A stretch of DNA of 64,000 nt from Candidatus Omnitrophota bacterium. GTDB taxonomy: Bacteria; Omnitrophota; Gorgyraeia; Gorgyraeales; Gorgyraeaceae. How positions within the stretch are numbered: the first letter of the stretch is position 1; every line of letters starts with the position of its first letter. Location: assembly GCA_043814965.1 (NCBI GenBank), contig JBDRJN010000003.1, forward strand, positions 1,600 through 65,599, in the 5' to 3' direction. Below the pieces are notes generated by a model, which did no database searches, was not told where the DNA came from, and saw only the letters and a program-made list of their open reading frames with translations. Positions 9,428 to 19,021 of the stretch are shown one piece after another. The translations under genes were made by a program, and so were the position numbers.

Positions 9428-9501
9428 TGGAGCGGGTGATGGGAATCGAACCCACGCAGCGAGCTTGGGAAGCTCGTATTCTACCATTGAATCACACCCG
9501 C
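9428..9501 (-). tRNA. tRNA-Gly (anticodon CCC)
   Basis: Minus-strand sequence GCGGGTGTGATTCAATGGTAGAATACGAGCTTCCCAAGCTCGCTGCGTGGGTTCGATTCCCATCACCCGCTCCA folds as a 74-nt cloverleaf. It has a 7-bp acceptor, ATTC/GAAT D-stem, CGAGC/GCTCG anticodon stem, loop TTCCCAA, GTGGG/CCCAT T-stem, and an encoded CCA. Confidence 0.9.
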
Positions 9502-9512
9502 GAAAACCTTAC

Positions 9513-10418
9513 CTAACAGCTGATAAGCTTTTTTAATTTTTTATATCTATCAGCGACATCCTTTTTGCCTATCTTTAAGAACCTATCAATACTAAAATCT
9601 TCTACGGCGTAGGATGCCATAGTTGTGCCATATAGAAGCGCCTTTTTTGCAAGATCTATATTGATAGAACCGCTTTTTGCTATATATCCCATAAATCCGC
9701 CTGCGAAAGAATCGCCAGCGCCAGTAGGGTCCACTATATTTTCTAATAAAAGCGCGGGTATAGAAAAAATAGCCTCATTTTTTACAAAGAGTATAGCGCC
9801 ATACTCCCCCCTTTTTATTATAACGAACCTCGGGCCAAGAGAGAGTATATATCTGCCGGCTTTTAATATATTTTCTTCGCCTGAAAACAGCTTTGCCTCC
9901 ATGTCATTCAGGAACATGATGTGAACTTTTTTTAACAATGTCTTTAGAGATGAATGCTTATTTTGTATCCAGAAGTTCATAGAGTCACAGCCGATAAGTG
10001 AGTCCCCTGGGATCTCTTTTAGGATGTGCAGTTGCAGATCAGGGTCTATGTTTGCAAGGAAAGCCACCTTACTTTTTTTGTATTCCTTTGGTAGTGTGGG
10101 TTTAAAGTCCTTAAATACGTTCAGCTGGGTGTTTATTGTCTTGGCGCAGTTCATGTCTTCCACGTAAGACCCTTCCCATCGAAAGGTCAGGCCGTCTTTT
10201 GTCTCAAGGCCTTTTGTGTCTACTCCGAACGACCTTATAGTAGACAGGTGCTTTTTAGGAAAATCAGCGCCGATAGTAGCTACTACGCCTACTTTTGTAA
10301 AGAAACTGGAACTTATGGAAAAAAATGTCGCGGATCCTCCTAGGATATCTTTCTTGTAACCGCATGGGCTTTTTATGGTATCAAGCGCCATCGAGCCTAT
10401 GACTACTATATTATTCAT
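9513..10418 (-). CDS. PfkB-family carbohydrate kinase (ribokinase superfamily)
   Basis: C-terminal DPTGAGDSFAGGF motif and an N-terminal GG dipeptide region. Confidence 0.75.
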   Translation of the reverse strand: MNNIVVIGSMALDTIKSPCGYKKDILGGSATFFSISSSFFTKVGVVATIGADFPKKHLSTIRSFGVDTKGLETKDGLTFRWEGSYVEDMNCAKTINTQLNVFKDFKPTLPKEYKKSKVAFLANIDPDLQLHILKEIPGDSLIGCDSMNFWIQNKHSSLKTLLKKVHIMFLNDMEAKLFSGEENILKAGRYILSLGPRFVIIKRGEYGAILFVKNEAIFSIPALLLENIVDPTGAGDSFAGGFMGYIAKSGSINIDLAKKALLYGTTMASYAVEDFSIDRFLKIGKKDVADRYKKLKKLISC

Positions 10419-11692
10419 TTAAAGTACCTCTTTATTGTTTTCATCGAACAGAAATCACTGCACATAGTGCATACGTCCTCTTTTTTTGGAGTAGATGACT
10501 TCCTGTAACGTGTAGATTTTTCAGGGTCTATGGATTCTTTTATCTGCGCTTTCCAATCTCTCATCAAGCGATGTTTTGACATCTTTCTATCCCAGTTTAT
10601 AGCACCTGGAACGCGTTTAGCGATATCAGCTGCGTGCGCAGCTATCCTGGAGGCTATGACGCCATTTTTTACATCATCCTCATCTGGTATCCTGAGGTGC
10701 TCAGAAGGGGTCACATAACATAGGAAATCCGCCCCATAGTAAGCTGCCAGGGCGCCGCCTATCGCGCCTACTATATGGTCATAACCAGGCGCGATGTCAG
10801 TGACCAAAGGGCCCAATACATAAAAAGGCGCGTTCCCGCACATCTTTTTTTGTATCAGGACATTTGATTCGATCTCATCCAGGGGAATATGGCCAGGGCC
10901 TTCTATGATCACCTGTACATTTTGTTTTTTTGCTTTTTCAGCCAACTCACCCAGCAAAATAAGTTCTTGTATCTGAGCCCTGTCAGTAGCATCTACTAAT
11001 GTGCCTGGCCTCAAGCCATCTCCCAGGCTCAGGGTCACATCATATTCTTTTAAGATCTTTAATATATCATCAAAATATTCATATAGAGGGTTTTCTTTTT
11101 TATTCAGTATCATCCATTCTGCGAGAAACGAACCGCCCCTTGACACTATAGGTATCAATCTTTTTTTTCTTTTCAACCTGGTAAGTGTTCCCTGGGTCAC
11201 GCCGGAGTGTATAGTAAAAAAATCCACGCCATCTCTTGCTTGTTCGTAAAGGGCGTCCAATAGATCGTCTTTTGTCATCTTTGATATACTGCCTTTTTCT
11301 TTACATGCCTTGATAGCTGCCTGATAAATAGGGACAGTCCCTACTGGTATACTGGAATTCCTGACTATAGCCTTACGTATTTTGTTTATGTCCCCGCCCG
11401 TAGAAAGGTCCATTACCGCATCCGAGCCGTATTTTATTGCAGCGCGGAGTTTGTTTAGCTCAGTCTTAAGGCTTATTTTATCAAGGGATGTGCCAAGGTT
11501 CGCATTGACCTTTGTTCTCAGGCCTTCACCTACTGCGCAAGGGAGTATCTTTCTTTTTTTATTTTTAATAAGCACTACCCTGCCGTTTTTTATGAGAGTC
11601 TTTAACTTGTCTATTGGTATGCCCTCTTTTTTAGAGGTATACCTCATCTCAGCAGAGGTCCTATTGAGTTTAGCGGATTCTAATTGTGTCAT
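10415..11692 (-). CDS. thiC: Phosphomethylpyrimidine synthase
   Basis: 425 aa with the C-terminal CTMCSDFCSMK radical-SAM-like ThiC cluster motif and a conserved N-terminus. Confidence 0.85.
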   Translation of the reverse strand: MTQLESAKLNRTSAEMRYTSKKEGIPIDKLKTLIKNGRVVLIKNKKRKILPCAVGEGLRTKVNANLGTSLDKISLKTELNKLRAAIKYGSDAVMDLSTGGDINKIRKAIVRNSSIPVGTVPIYQAAIKACKEKGSISKMTKDDLLDALYEQARDGVDFFTIHSGVTQGTLTRLKRKKRLIPIVSRGGSFLAEWMILNKKENPLYEYFDDILKILKEYDVTLSLGDGLRPGTLVDATDRAQIQELILLGELAEKAKKQNVQVIIEGPGHIPLDEIESNVLIQKKMCGNAPFYVLGPLVTDIAPGYDHIVGAIGGALAAYYGADFLCYVTPSEHLRIPDEDDVKNGVIASRIAAHAADIAKRVPGAINWDRKMSKHRLMRDWKAQIKESIDPEKSTRYRKSSTPKKEDVCTMCSDFCSMKTIKRYFK

Positions 11693-11706
11693 ATATCCAT
11701 ATTATC

Positions 11707-12120
11707 CTATAGGGTATTTATTTTGTTGGAGAATTTTTTTTCAACATCATATGCATTGAACCTAAGTTTCCTATATTTCGGAGAAAGGCCTTTGTCCACA
11801 GCACTCGAACACTCTTCCAGGACCCTTAAGGATTCCTTGGCCCTTTGTATGTTAGACATGAATATCTTTGGTATATCTTTATTTTTTCTAAAGTCTACAA
11901 ATTTTGAAGGGTCTTTTTTTACATCTCTTTTGTCCACGAGTTTTCTCAAGCTTACTTTGTTTGAATCAAGTATGGCCTTGGTCGTATTATGCCTTATAAG
12001 TTTTAGCGACAGGCTGAGCTTTTTGTCTTTCAATGCAAACCTTGCTATGTCTTCGCACACCCTGAGGCCTTCTCTTACCCTGTTTAGATTAGCGTCGATA
12101 ATACACAATATATCTTTCAT
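11707..12120 (-). CDS. Hypothetical protein immediately upstream of thiC
   Basis: 137-aa ORF ending 14 nt before thiC. I recognise no confident motif. Confidence 0.35.
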   Translation of the reverse strand: MKDILCIIDANLNRVREGLRVCEDIARFALKDKKLSLSLKLIRHNTTKAILDSNKVSLRKLVDKRDVKKDPSKFVDFRKNKDIPKIFMSNIQRAKESLRVLEECSSAVDKGLSPKYRKLRFNAYDVEKKFSNKINTL

Positions 12121-12149
12121 GAGATCATGGATCCGGCAGGCGAGGCTTT

Positions 12150-12182
12150 AAAAAAGCCTTCTTTGTTTCTTTTTTTGAAGGC
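12150..12182 (-). terminator. Candidate rho-independent terminator after rfaE2
   Basis: Minus-strand GCCTTC-(15-nt loop)-GAAGGC followed by UUUUUU, sitting directly downstream of the rfaE2 stop. Confidence 0.4.
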
Positions 12183-12202
12183 CTCGTTTGCCGGAAAAAT
12201 AC

Positions 12203-12679
12203 CTAGCTGTTCCTTATCTTTTTAATAATATCTTTTGTAGAAAACCCTTTTATAAAAGGGAGGCTTTTTACTTTTCCCTTGTAGGTTCGGACAATGTCCG
12301 AACCTACAATATCTTTTATCTTCCAATCCCCGCCTTTTACAAGAACATCAGGCCTTATATTTTCTATTAGCTTAATAGGCGTAAGTTCATCGAATACTAC
12401 TACAAGATCTACGCTCTTAAGGGCCAGGAGGACATTTCCCCTGTCAGAGGCTTTTACTATAGGCCTGGAAGGGCCTTTTAATCTTTTGACAGAGTCATCA
12501 CTGTTCAGGCCTACGATCAGTATGTCTCCCAGGCTTTTGGCTTTTTGTAAATAACTTATATGCCCTACATGCAATATATCAAAACAGCCGTTAGTAAAGA
12601 CTATTTTTTTATTTTTATATGCCTTTTTTTTAAGCTCTTTTTTTAGGCTTGTAAGAGAGGTTATATTTTTATAAAGCAT
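12203..12679 (-). CDS. D-glycero-beta-D-manno-heptose 1-phosphate adenylyltransferase (RfaE domain II / HldE C-terminal)
   Basis: Cytidylyltransferase motif [19 protein letters not shown], 158 aa. Confidence 0.8.
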   Translation of the reverse strand: MLYKNITSLTSLKKELKKKAYKNKKIVFTNGCFDILHVGHISYLQKAKSLGDILIVGLNSDDSVKRLKGPSRPIVKASDRGNVLLALKSVDLVVVFDELTPIKLIENIRPDVLVKGGDWKIKDIVGSDIVRTYKGKVKSLPFIKGFSTKDIIKKIRNS

Positions 12680-13244
12680 CTTCTATCAGTTCACAGAGTA
12701 TGTGTATTATAGTCCCATGGGACTCCTGTATCCTGGGCGTATCTTTGGAGGGGACGCTTATGATAGCGTCACTAAAATTTTCTATATCTTTTTTGTATTC
12801 TCCTATTAGGCAAGATGTCTTTAACCCCATTTCCTTTGCTTTTTTTAAGGCGCTTATCACATTTTTTGATCTTCCGCTTGTAGATATGCCTAGAGCGATA
12901 TCCCCCTTCTTCCCCAGGGCTTCGATCTGTCTCTCGAACACTTTATCGAAGCTATAGTCATTGCCTATACATGTCAATATCGAGGTGTTACTGGTCAAGG
13001 CCACTGCTGGTATGGCTTTTCTTTCTTTTTTGAACCTGCCTACGAGCTCAGCTGCCATATGAAGGCTATCCGATGCGCTTCCGCCGTTTCCAAAGACAAT
13101 GATCTTATTGCCGGATCTTACAACATCTATCATCAAGCTGGCTAGTCTTTTGATGCTATCGATCTCTTTTTCTATGACTAATTTTTTTACTTCAATGCTT
13201 TCCTTTAATGATCTTTCGATTTTTTTCTTCATAATATCATCCAA
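12669..13244 (-). CDS. gmhA: Phosphoheptose isomerase (SIS domain)
   Basis: [23 protein letters not shown] motif, 191 aa. Confidence 0.85.
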   Translation of the reverse strand: MDDIMKKKIERSLKESIEVKKLVIEKEIDSIKRLASLMIDVVRSGNKIIVFGNGGSASDSLHMAAELVGRFKKERKAIPAVALTSNTSILTCIGNDYSFDKVFERQIEALGKKGDIALGISTSGRSKNVISALKKAKEMGLKTSCLIGEYKKDIENFSDAIISVPSKDTPRIQESHGTIIHILCELIEDAL

Positions 13245-14283
13245 AGAATACCTGAGCTATTTTATATAGCTCCATATCTACCGTCTTTAGTTTGCATACA
13301 GCTTTTTCTAAAGAAACCGCGACCACTTTATTGCCTTGGAGCGCGGCCATTTTCCCGTAATCTTTATTTAGCACTAGTTCCATTGTCTTTATCCCAAAGC
13401 GAGTGCCAAGCACCCTATCAAATGCAGTTGGAGTCCCTCCGCGCTGTATATGGCCTAGTACAGTTACCCTTGTCTCAAATCCGGTCCTTTCCTCTATTAT
13501 TTCACCTAACCTGTGGCCTATACCGCCAAGTCTTATGTGTCCAAATGCATCCAGTTTTTCTTCCTGTTTTACGAGCTCGCCTTCCTTGAATTTGGCGCCT
13601 TCCGCTACAACGACTATGCTAAAACTTTTTCCTCTTTTGTGCCTCTTTTTTAAAATATCGCATACCTCTTTTATATCAATGGGCACCTCTGGTATGAGTA
13701 TGACATCAGCCCCCCCTGCTATGCCTGATTCTATCGCGATCCAGCCAGCATGCCTTCCCATGACCTCAGCTACCATGATCCTATGATGCGATTCTGCTGT
13801 TGTATGCAGCCTGTCTATCGCCTCCGTTGCTATATTGATGGCTGTATCAAATCCGAACGTGACATCAGTGCATGATAGGTCATTATCTATTGTCTTTGGC
13901 GCGCCAACTACATTCATACCTTCTTTATATAGTTTTGCTGCTACACCCAGGGTATCTTCCCCTCCTATGGCGATCAGGCATTCTAGGCCCAATTGTTTAA
14001 AATTTCTTTTTACCTTTGAGACATCACCATCATTTTTATAGGGGTTGGTCCTGGATGTCCCCAATATTGTTCCGCCTTTTGGCAATATACCCGATACTGC
14101 TGATAGGTCTAAGCGGGTGATATTTTTTTCTACCAGGCCTTTCCAGCCGTTTTTTATACCTATGACTTCGTAGCCTTCATTTATCGCGTATCTTACGACA
14201 GCCCTTATCACGGAATTTAACCCTGGGCAATCCCCGCCGCCTGTTAAGACCCCTATTTTTTTCTTAGAATTTTTATTTACCAT
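13237..14283 (-). CDS. pfkA: 6-phosphofructokinase
   Basis: GVLTGGGDCPGLNSVIRAVV and GGDGS-like motifs, 348 aa. Confidence 0.85.
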   Translation of the reverse strand: MVNKNSKKKIGVLTGGGDCPGLNSVIRAVVRYAINEGYEVIGIKNGWKGLVEKNITRLDLSAVSGILPKGGTILGTSRTNPYKNDGDVSKVKRNFKQLGLECLIAIGGEDTLGVAAKLYKEGMNVVGAPKTIDNDLSCTDVTFGFDTAINIATEAIDRLHTTAESHHRIMVAEVMGRHAGWIAIESGIAGGADVILIPEVPIDIKEVCDILKKRHKRGKSFSIVVVAEGAKFKEGELVKQEEKLDAFGHIRLGGIGHRLGEIIEERTGFETRVTVLGHIQRGGTPTAFDRVLGTRFGIKTMELVLNKDYGKMAALQGNKVVAVSLEKAVCKLKTVDMELYKIAQVFFG

Positions 14284-14285
14284 CT

Positions 14286-14900
14286 TTACCCTCCGTATTC
14301 GATCTCACCTTTAAACCCGCTTTCAGGGGTCTTTGTTGTCTTTTGTTCTTTTGTTGGATTCTCTTGCTGCACTATTTTAGCCACATGTATCTTTATGGTA
14401 GGCTTTTCTTCGATGCCTAACATCTCTTGCAGGTGCATCTTGATTATGTTCTGTATCTTCTCGGTGATCTCGGGTATATTGGCGCCGGAATAAAGCGATA
14501 CCCTCGTATTTACTTCAATGCCGGATTTAAGGGCTATTACGCTGGATCTGATCTCTTTTATCTCGCTGATCCTGCTGGTAAGTTTCTTTATGTAGTCTTC
14601 TATAGCTGCCAGAGATACCGTGACCTGTCCATAGGTATTGTCAAACGCGATGGTCTTTTCTTTTTGTATCTTGCCAAGGCTTAGCTGAGCTATAGATATA
14701 TTTATGAAAATTATTAAAAGCCCTGCTATACCGATACCAAGCCTGATATTGTTCGCGCTTTTTAGATAGTCGAATAAACTCACAAAGACATTGAAGGATT
14801 CCAGGCGAATAGAAAGCGCTATAAGGATAGCCCCTAGTATAGAAAACAAAAAGGTATATATAAGTATTAGAAAGATGTTTAGTATTTTCATATTGTGCAC
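14286..14900 (-). CDS. Membrane-anchored Asp23/Gls24-like protein (tentative)
   Basis: Two N-terminal TM helices, then a soluble region with weak Asp23-family resemblance. Confidence 0.35.
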   Translation of the reverse strand: MHNMKILNIFLILIYTFLFSILGAILIALSIRLESFNVFVSLFDYLKSANNIRLGIGIAGLLIIFINISIAQLSLGKIQKEKTIAFDNTYGQVTVSLAAIEDYIKKLTSRISEIKEIRSSVIALKSGIEVNTRVSLYSGANIPEITEKIQNIIKMHLQEMLGIEEKPTIKIHVAKIVQQENPTKEQKTTKTPESGFKGEIEYGG

Positions 14901-14915
14901 CTACCTTCCTTAAGG

Positions 14916-16262
14916 CTATTCGATCAGGTTCAGTTTTTCTACGTAATCAGTCGCGAAGTCTCCACGTAAAAATAACATATCGTTCATCACGTGTTTATGA
15001 AAAGGTATAGTAGTCTTTATAGGGTCTACTATAAACTCATCCAGCGCCCTTTTCATGGTCTTGATAGCGGATTGCCTGTCTTTTCCGTACGATATTAATT
15101 TTGCTATCATAGAGTCATAATACGGGACTATTGTATAACCTGAATAGACATGGCTATCTACTCTTATCCCTGGCCCTCCAGCAGGTAGAAATAAATTTAC
15201 TTTACCAGGGCACGGCATAAAATTGTTTTCGCTGTTTTCGGCATTTATCCTGCATTCTATAGCTACGCCTTTTATCTTTATATCATCCTGCTTGTATGAA
15301 AGCTTTGCGCCAGAGGCTATCTTTATCTGCTCTTTCACTATATCTACTCCGGTGACCATCTCTGTTATTGGATGCTCGACCTGTATCCTTGTATTTACTT
15401 CCAGAAAATAGAAATTTTTATTCTTATCGTACAAGAATTCTACTGTCCCGGCGTTTACGTAGTTGCAGGCCTTGACAGCTTTGATAGCCATGTCGCCTAC
15501 TTTTTTCCTTAGTTTTGAATCCAGCGCGGGAGATGGGCACTCTTCTATGAGTTTTTGATGGCGCCTTTGTATGGTGCAATCTCTTTCCCCTAGGTGTATT
15601 ATATGGCCATATTTATCAGCAAGTATCTGGACTTCTATGTGTCTCGGCCTTTCTATGTATTTTTCTAGATACACATCTGCATTGCCAAACGCGGCTTCAG
15701 CTTCTTGCTGCGCAGTGATAAAGGAGCTTATGAGCCTTACGTCATTATGGCAGACTCTCATGCCCTTGCCTCCCCCTCCAGCCGAGGCTTTTATTATTAT
15801 AGGATATCTTAATTTTTTAGCTACTTTTATAGCTTCTTCTTTTGTCTTTATAATATTTTCACTGCCAGGGATCACAGGAATGCCTATTCTTTCCATGGTC
15901 TTCCTTGCAGCCATTTTGTCTCCCAAAAGCCTCATATTCTCAGGTGTTGGCCCGATAAAGGCTATCTCGCAAGATTCGCATATCTCAGCAAAATGCGCGT
16001 TTTCCGCCAGGAAACCATAGCCAGGATGTATAGCGTCTACATCTGTTATTTCAGCAGCGCTTATTATAGCCGGTATATTCAGGTAACTCTCGGCAGGGCT
16101 TGCCGAGCCTATACAGACAGCTTCATCCGCGAGTTTGGCATGCAGGCTGTCAGCATCAGCTTCTGAATAGACAGCCACTGTCTTTATACCCATTTCCTTG
16201 CAGGCACGGATAACCCTTACAGCTACTTCACCCCTATTTGCTATTAGTATTTTTGAAAACAT
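14916..16262 (-). CDS. accC: Acetyl-CoA carboxylase, biotin carboxylase subunit
   Basis: 448 aa with ATP-grasp and biotin carboxylase motifs (GGGGKGMR, EVNTRIQVEH). Confidence 0.9.
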   Translation of the reverse strand: MFSKILIANRGEVAVRVIRACKEMGIKTVAVYSEADADSLHAKLADEAVCIGSASPAESYLNIPAIISAAEITDVDAIHPGYGFLAENAHFAEICESCEIAFIGPTPENMRLLGDKMAARKTMERIGIPVIPGSENIIKTKEEAIKVAKKLRYPIIIKASAGGGGKGMRVCHNDVRLISSFITAQQEAEAAFGNADVYLEKYIERPRHIEVQILADKYGHIIHLGERDCTIQRRHQKLIEECPSPALDSKLRKKVGDMAIKAVKACNYVNAGTVEFLYDKNKNFYFLEVNTRIQVEHPITEMVTGVDIVKEQIKIASGAKLSYKQDDIKIKGVAIECRINAENSENNFMPCPGKVNLFLPAGGPGIRVDSHVYSGYTIVPYYDSMIAKLISYGKDRQSAIKTMKRALDEFIVDPIKTTIPFHKHVMNDMLFLRGDFATDYVEKLNLIE

Positions 16263-16331
16263 ATTTTTTTACCCTTTATCTTTTAACCCTAATATCCCCC
16301 GTAACCCTTAACCCATTACCCGCAGCGCGTC

Positions 16332-16790
16332 TTATGCCGGCTCCACCATGAACAATATCTGGCCATACTCGACAGGCCCGGCGTTTTCAACAAGGACTTC
16401 CACTATCCTGCCTTTTACCTCTGATTTTATCTCATTCATCAATTTCATGGCCTCTATTATACAAATGGTCTGGCCTATCTCTATTATACTGCCTATTTCT
16501 ACATATGGTTTTGTGTCAGGTGAGGGGGCTCTATAGAAAGTGCCTACCATGGGTGTTTTTATGGTCAATAGGTTCTTCGAGGGTTCTTCTTTGATAGGAG
16601 CGGCTTCCGCAGTAGAAGGGCAAACTGTCTGGATGATCTTTGATCCGCCTCTTTCCTCGGACATTGCCTCGAAAGCCCCTGAGACAGATTTTTTTATCCT
16701 TATCCTTGTGCCTTCCCGCTCGATCTCTATTTCTCCGAGGTTGTTTTCATTCATTAGATTAATGATCTCTTTGATCTCTTTTAGGTTCAT
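16332..16790 (-). CDS. accB: Biotin carboxyl carrier protein
   Basis: C-terminal biotinyl-lysine motif EAMKLMNEI, 152 aa. Confidence 0.85.
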   Translation of the reverse strand: MNLKEIKEIINLMNENNLGEIEIEREGTRIRIKKSVSGAFEAMSEERGGSKIIQTVCPSTAEAAPIKEEPSKNLLTIKTPMVGTFYRAPSPDTKPYVEIGSIIEIGQTICIIEAMKLMNEIKSEVKGRIVEVLVENAGPVEYGQILFMVEPA

Positions 16791-16874
16791 GATAAGCTCC
16801 TTAAAATATTGAGTTTCGCTTCTTTAAAGTCATGGATTAAGGCTGATCCGGTCTAAGGCTGATGAATAGATAAT

Positions 16875-17450
16875 TCACGCCCTTCCGATATATTCCCCTG
16901 TCCGGGTGTCTATTTTTACTATGTCCCCTTCGTTTATAAAAAGAGGGACTAAAATATTTAGGCCTGTCTCTAGTGCTGCGGGTTTTGTGCCAGCTTTGGA
17001 TGTATCGCCTCTTACTCCCGGTTCAGTTGAAACTATTTTGAGTTCTATGGAGATCGGCAACTCTACTGTTATGACCTTGTTTTCATGCGTCAGGGCTATT
17101 ACCTCTATGTTTTCTTTTAAGTAGTTTACAGCGTCTTTTATCTGGTCTTTGTGCAGCGCTATCTGGTCATAAGTGCTGCAATCCATAAATTCGTACATGT
17201 CATGATTTGAATAAAGATATTGAAGGGTCTTTTTTTCCATATAGGCAAGCTCTACTTTTTCATCGGGCCGATAGGTCCTGTCTATGACCGTACCTAGTTT
17301 TATGTTTTTTAATTTCACCCTGACATAAGCCCCGCCCTTACCTGGTTTGTGGTGATCTTTTTCAATAATAAAATACAAGTTCCCGTCCAATATTATACTA
17401 TGTCCTTTTTTAGTCTGATTGATACCTATCTGCATGATGTTTTGTTGCAC
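16875..17450 (-). CDS. efp: Elongation factor P (true start possibly the Met at 17435)
   Basis: KPGKGGAYVRVKLKN and conserved KOW/OB segments. It sits in the conserved aroQ-pepP-efp arrangement. Confidence 0.85.
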   Translation of the reverse strand: MQQNIMQIGINQTKKGHSIILDGNLYFIIEKDHHKPGKGGAYVRVKLKNIKLGTVIDRTYRPDEKVELAYMEKKTLQYLYSNHDMYEFMDCSTYDQIALHKDQIKDAVNYLKENIEVIALTHENKVITVELPISIELKIVSTEPGVRGDTSKAGTKPAALETGLNILVPLFINEGDIVKIDTRTGEYIGRA

Positions 17451-18505
17451 CCCTTTGTAAGCACTTCGCAGCCTTTATTTGTTATTAATATGTCGTCCTC
17501 TATCCTTATGCCGCCCCAGCCTGGTATATATAGCCCAGGCTCTATAGTTATGGCCATGTTTTCTTCTAATATAGCATTGGAGTTCTTTGATATAGAAGGG
17601 TTTTCGTGTACCTCCAGGCCTATGCCATGCCCAAGGCTATGGATAAAATATCTTCCAAGGCCTTTATGATTTATATAGTTCCTAGATATATTATCTATAT
17701 AGCTGGCCTTTAAGCCGGGCCTTATGCTCTCTATCGCCTTTTTTTGAGCGTCCAAGACTATATTATACAACTTTAGATACTTGCGGTCAATTCTACCTAA
17801 ATAAATCGTTCTTGTCAAGTCTGAATTGTACCCGCAACTCATTGCGCCTAAATCTATTAGGGCCATCTCGCCATTCTTGAGCCTCTTATCGCTTATAGCA
17901 GCATGCGGCTTTGATGAATTTTTCCCGGAAGCTACTATTATATCGAAACCCGCTTTTATAAAAGACCGTTTTATCATAAAAGAATCTATCTTGAATTTTA
18001 CGTCTTTTTCAGTTAAAGAAGGCCTCAGCGCCTTCATGGCATAGTTCATTATTGTTACACCTTTATTGCAGGCGTTTCTCAATGCCCTTATTTCTTCTGT
18101 GTCTTTTATGGCTCTTAATTTTTCTATTAATCCCGGCCTCGCTTTTAAATATGCATTACTTAAAGATTTTTTAAATTTTATATAGCTATCGTAAGTAAAG
18201 GCGTGGGATTCAAATCCTATGTTCTTCCATTTTTTTGAACTGCATATTGATGATATAAGCGTATAAATATCCGCAGCGCCTTTTATGATATTTAATCTAT
18301 AAAGGGGTTTTTTGGGAGCGTATTCTTCCATGTATCTGGGGTCTGTCACTAATATGAATTTATCTTTAGAGCATATCAGTAAACTACTCTCTCCTTTTAC
18401 ACCAGTAAGATAAGCTATATTCTTTTCTTTTTTTACTAGGAGAGCGTCCAGGGAATGTTTTTCCAGTAAAGTTATTAAATTTTTTTGTCTTTTTATGTAA
18501 TCCAT
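17426..18505 (-). CDS. pepP: Xaa-Pro aminopeptidase (M24B)
   Basis: HGIGLEVHE metal-binding motif, 359 aa. Confidence 0.8.
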   Translation of the reverse strand: MDYIKRQKNLITLLEKHSLDALLVKKEKNIAYLTGVKGESSLLICSKDKFILVTDPRYMEEYAPKKPLYRLNIIKGAADIYTLISSICSSKKWKNIGFESHAFTYDSYIKFKKSLSNAYLKARPGLIEKLRAIKDTEEIRALRNACNKGVTIMNYAMKALRPSLTEKDVKFKIDSFMIKRSFIKAGFDIIVASGKNSSKPHAAISDKRLKNGEMALIDLGAMSCGYNSDLTRTIYLGRIDRKYLKLYNIVLDAQKKAIESIRPGLKASYIDNISRNYINHKGLGRYFIHSLGHGIGLEVHENPSISKNSNAILEENMAITIEPGLYIPGWGGIRIEDDILITNKGCEVLTKGCNKTSCR

Positions 18506-18532
18506 ATCCAGTTATCCAATACCCTTAAGTGT

Positions 18533-18973
18533 CTATTTGTTTGCCGCTAATTCAATAGCTGCTTGGAGGCCGTATATGTAACTATTTATCCCAAAACCGG
18601 ATATCTGGCCTTTTACAGCCGATGAAATAAGAGAGATATGCCTAAAGTCCTCTCTCGCGTATATATTGGAAAGGTGTACTTCTACGGTAGGTATGCCAGT
18701 TGCTAAGATAGCGTCGCGTATAGCAACGCTTGTATGGGTGTATGCAGCAGGGTTTATAAGAAGCGCGGCGTATTTGTCCTTTGATTTACCTATTTTATCG
18801 ACTATTTCTCCCTCATGGTTTGACTGGAATATATCCAGAGCCACCTTTTCATCTTTAGCTATAGAAGTGAGTTTTTTGTTTATATCTTCTATTGTGAATT
18901 TTCCGTATATATCAGGTTCTCTTTTGCCTAAGAGGTTCAGATTTGGCCCATGTATGATTAGTATCTTTTTCAT
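18533..18973 (-). CDS. aroQ: 3-dehydroquinate dehydratase, type II
   Basis: MKKILIIHGPNLNLLGKREPDIYG N-terminus, 146 aa. Confidence 0.9.
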   Translation of the reverse strand: MKKILIIHGPNLNLLGKREPDIYGKFTIEDINKKLTSIAKDEKVALDIFQSNHEGEIVDKIGKSKDKYAALLINPAAYTHTSVAIRDAILATGIPTVEVHLSNIYAREDFRHISLISSAVKGQISGFGINSYIYGLQAAIELAANK

Positions 18974-19021
18974 AAACCGTCTCCTTTTTTACTGGTCACT
19001 GTTGGCTGATCTTAAGGCTTG

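Noticed and set aside
9285-9501. Integrated prophage or genomic island at the tRNA-Gly
   Set aside because: Despite the att-like 3'-end duplication, only 95 nt separate the two cores. There is no integrase, excisionase or phage gene anywhere nearby. The downstream genes (YfcE, HIT, dGTPase, HD-GYP) look like ordinary chromosomal genes. Only a scar or remnant can be claimed.
11693-12202. TPP (THI-box) riboswitch upstream of thiC
   Set aside because: I looked for the CUGAGA / ACCUGAUCUGGAUAAUGCCAGCG core on the minus strand upstream of thiC and of the preceding 137-aa ORF. Only a short GGATAATATGG resemblance inside that ORF's 3' end was found, with no P1-P5 architecture. The 80-nt region upstream of the small ORF is occupied by the rfaE2 terminator. 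No riboswitch can be supported.
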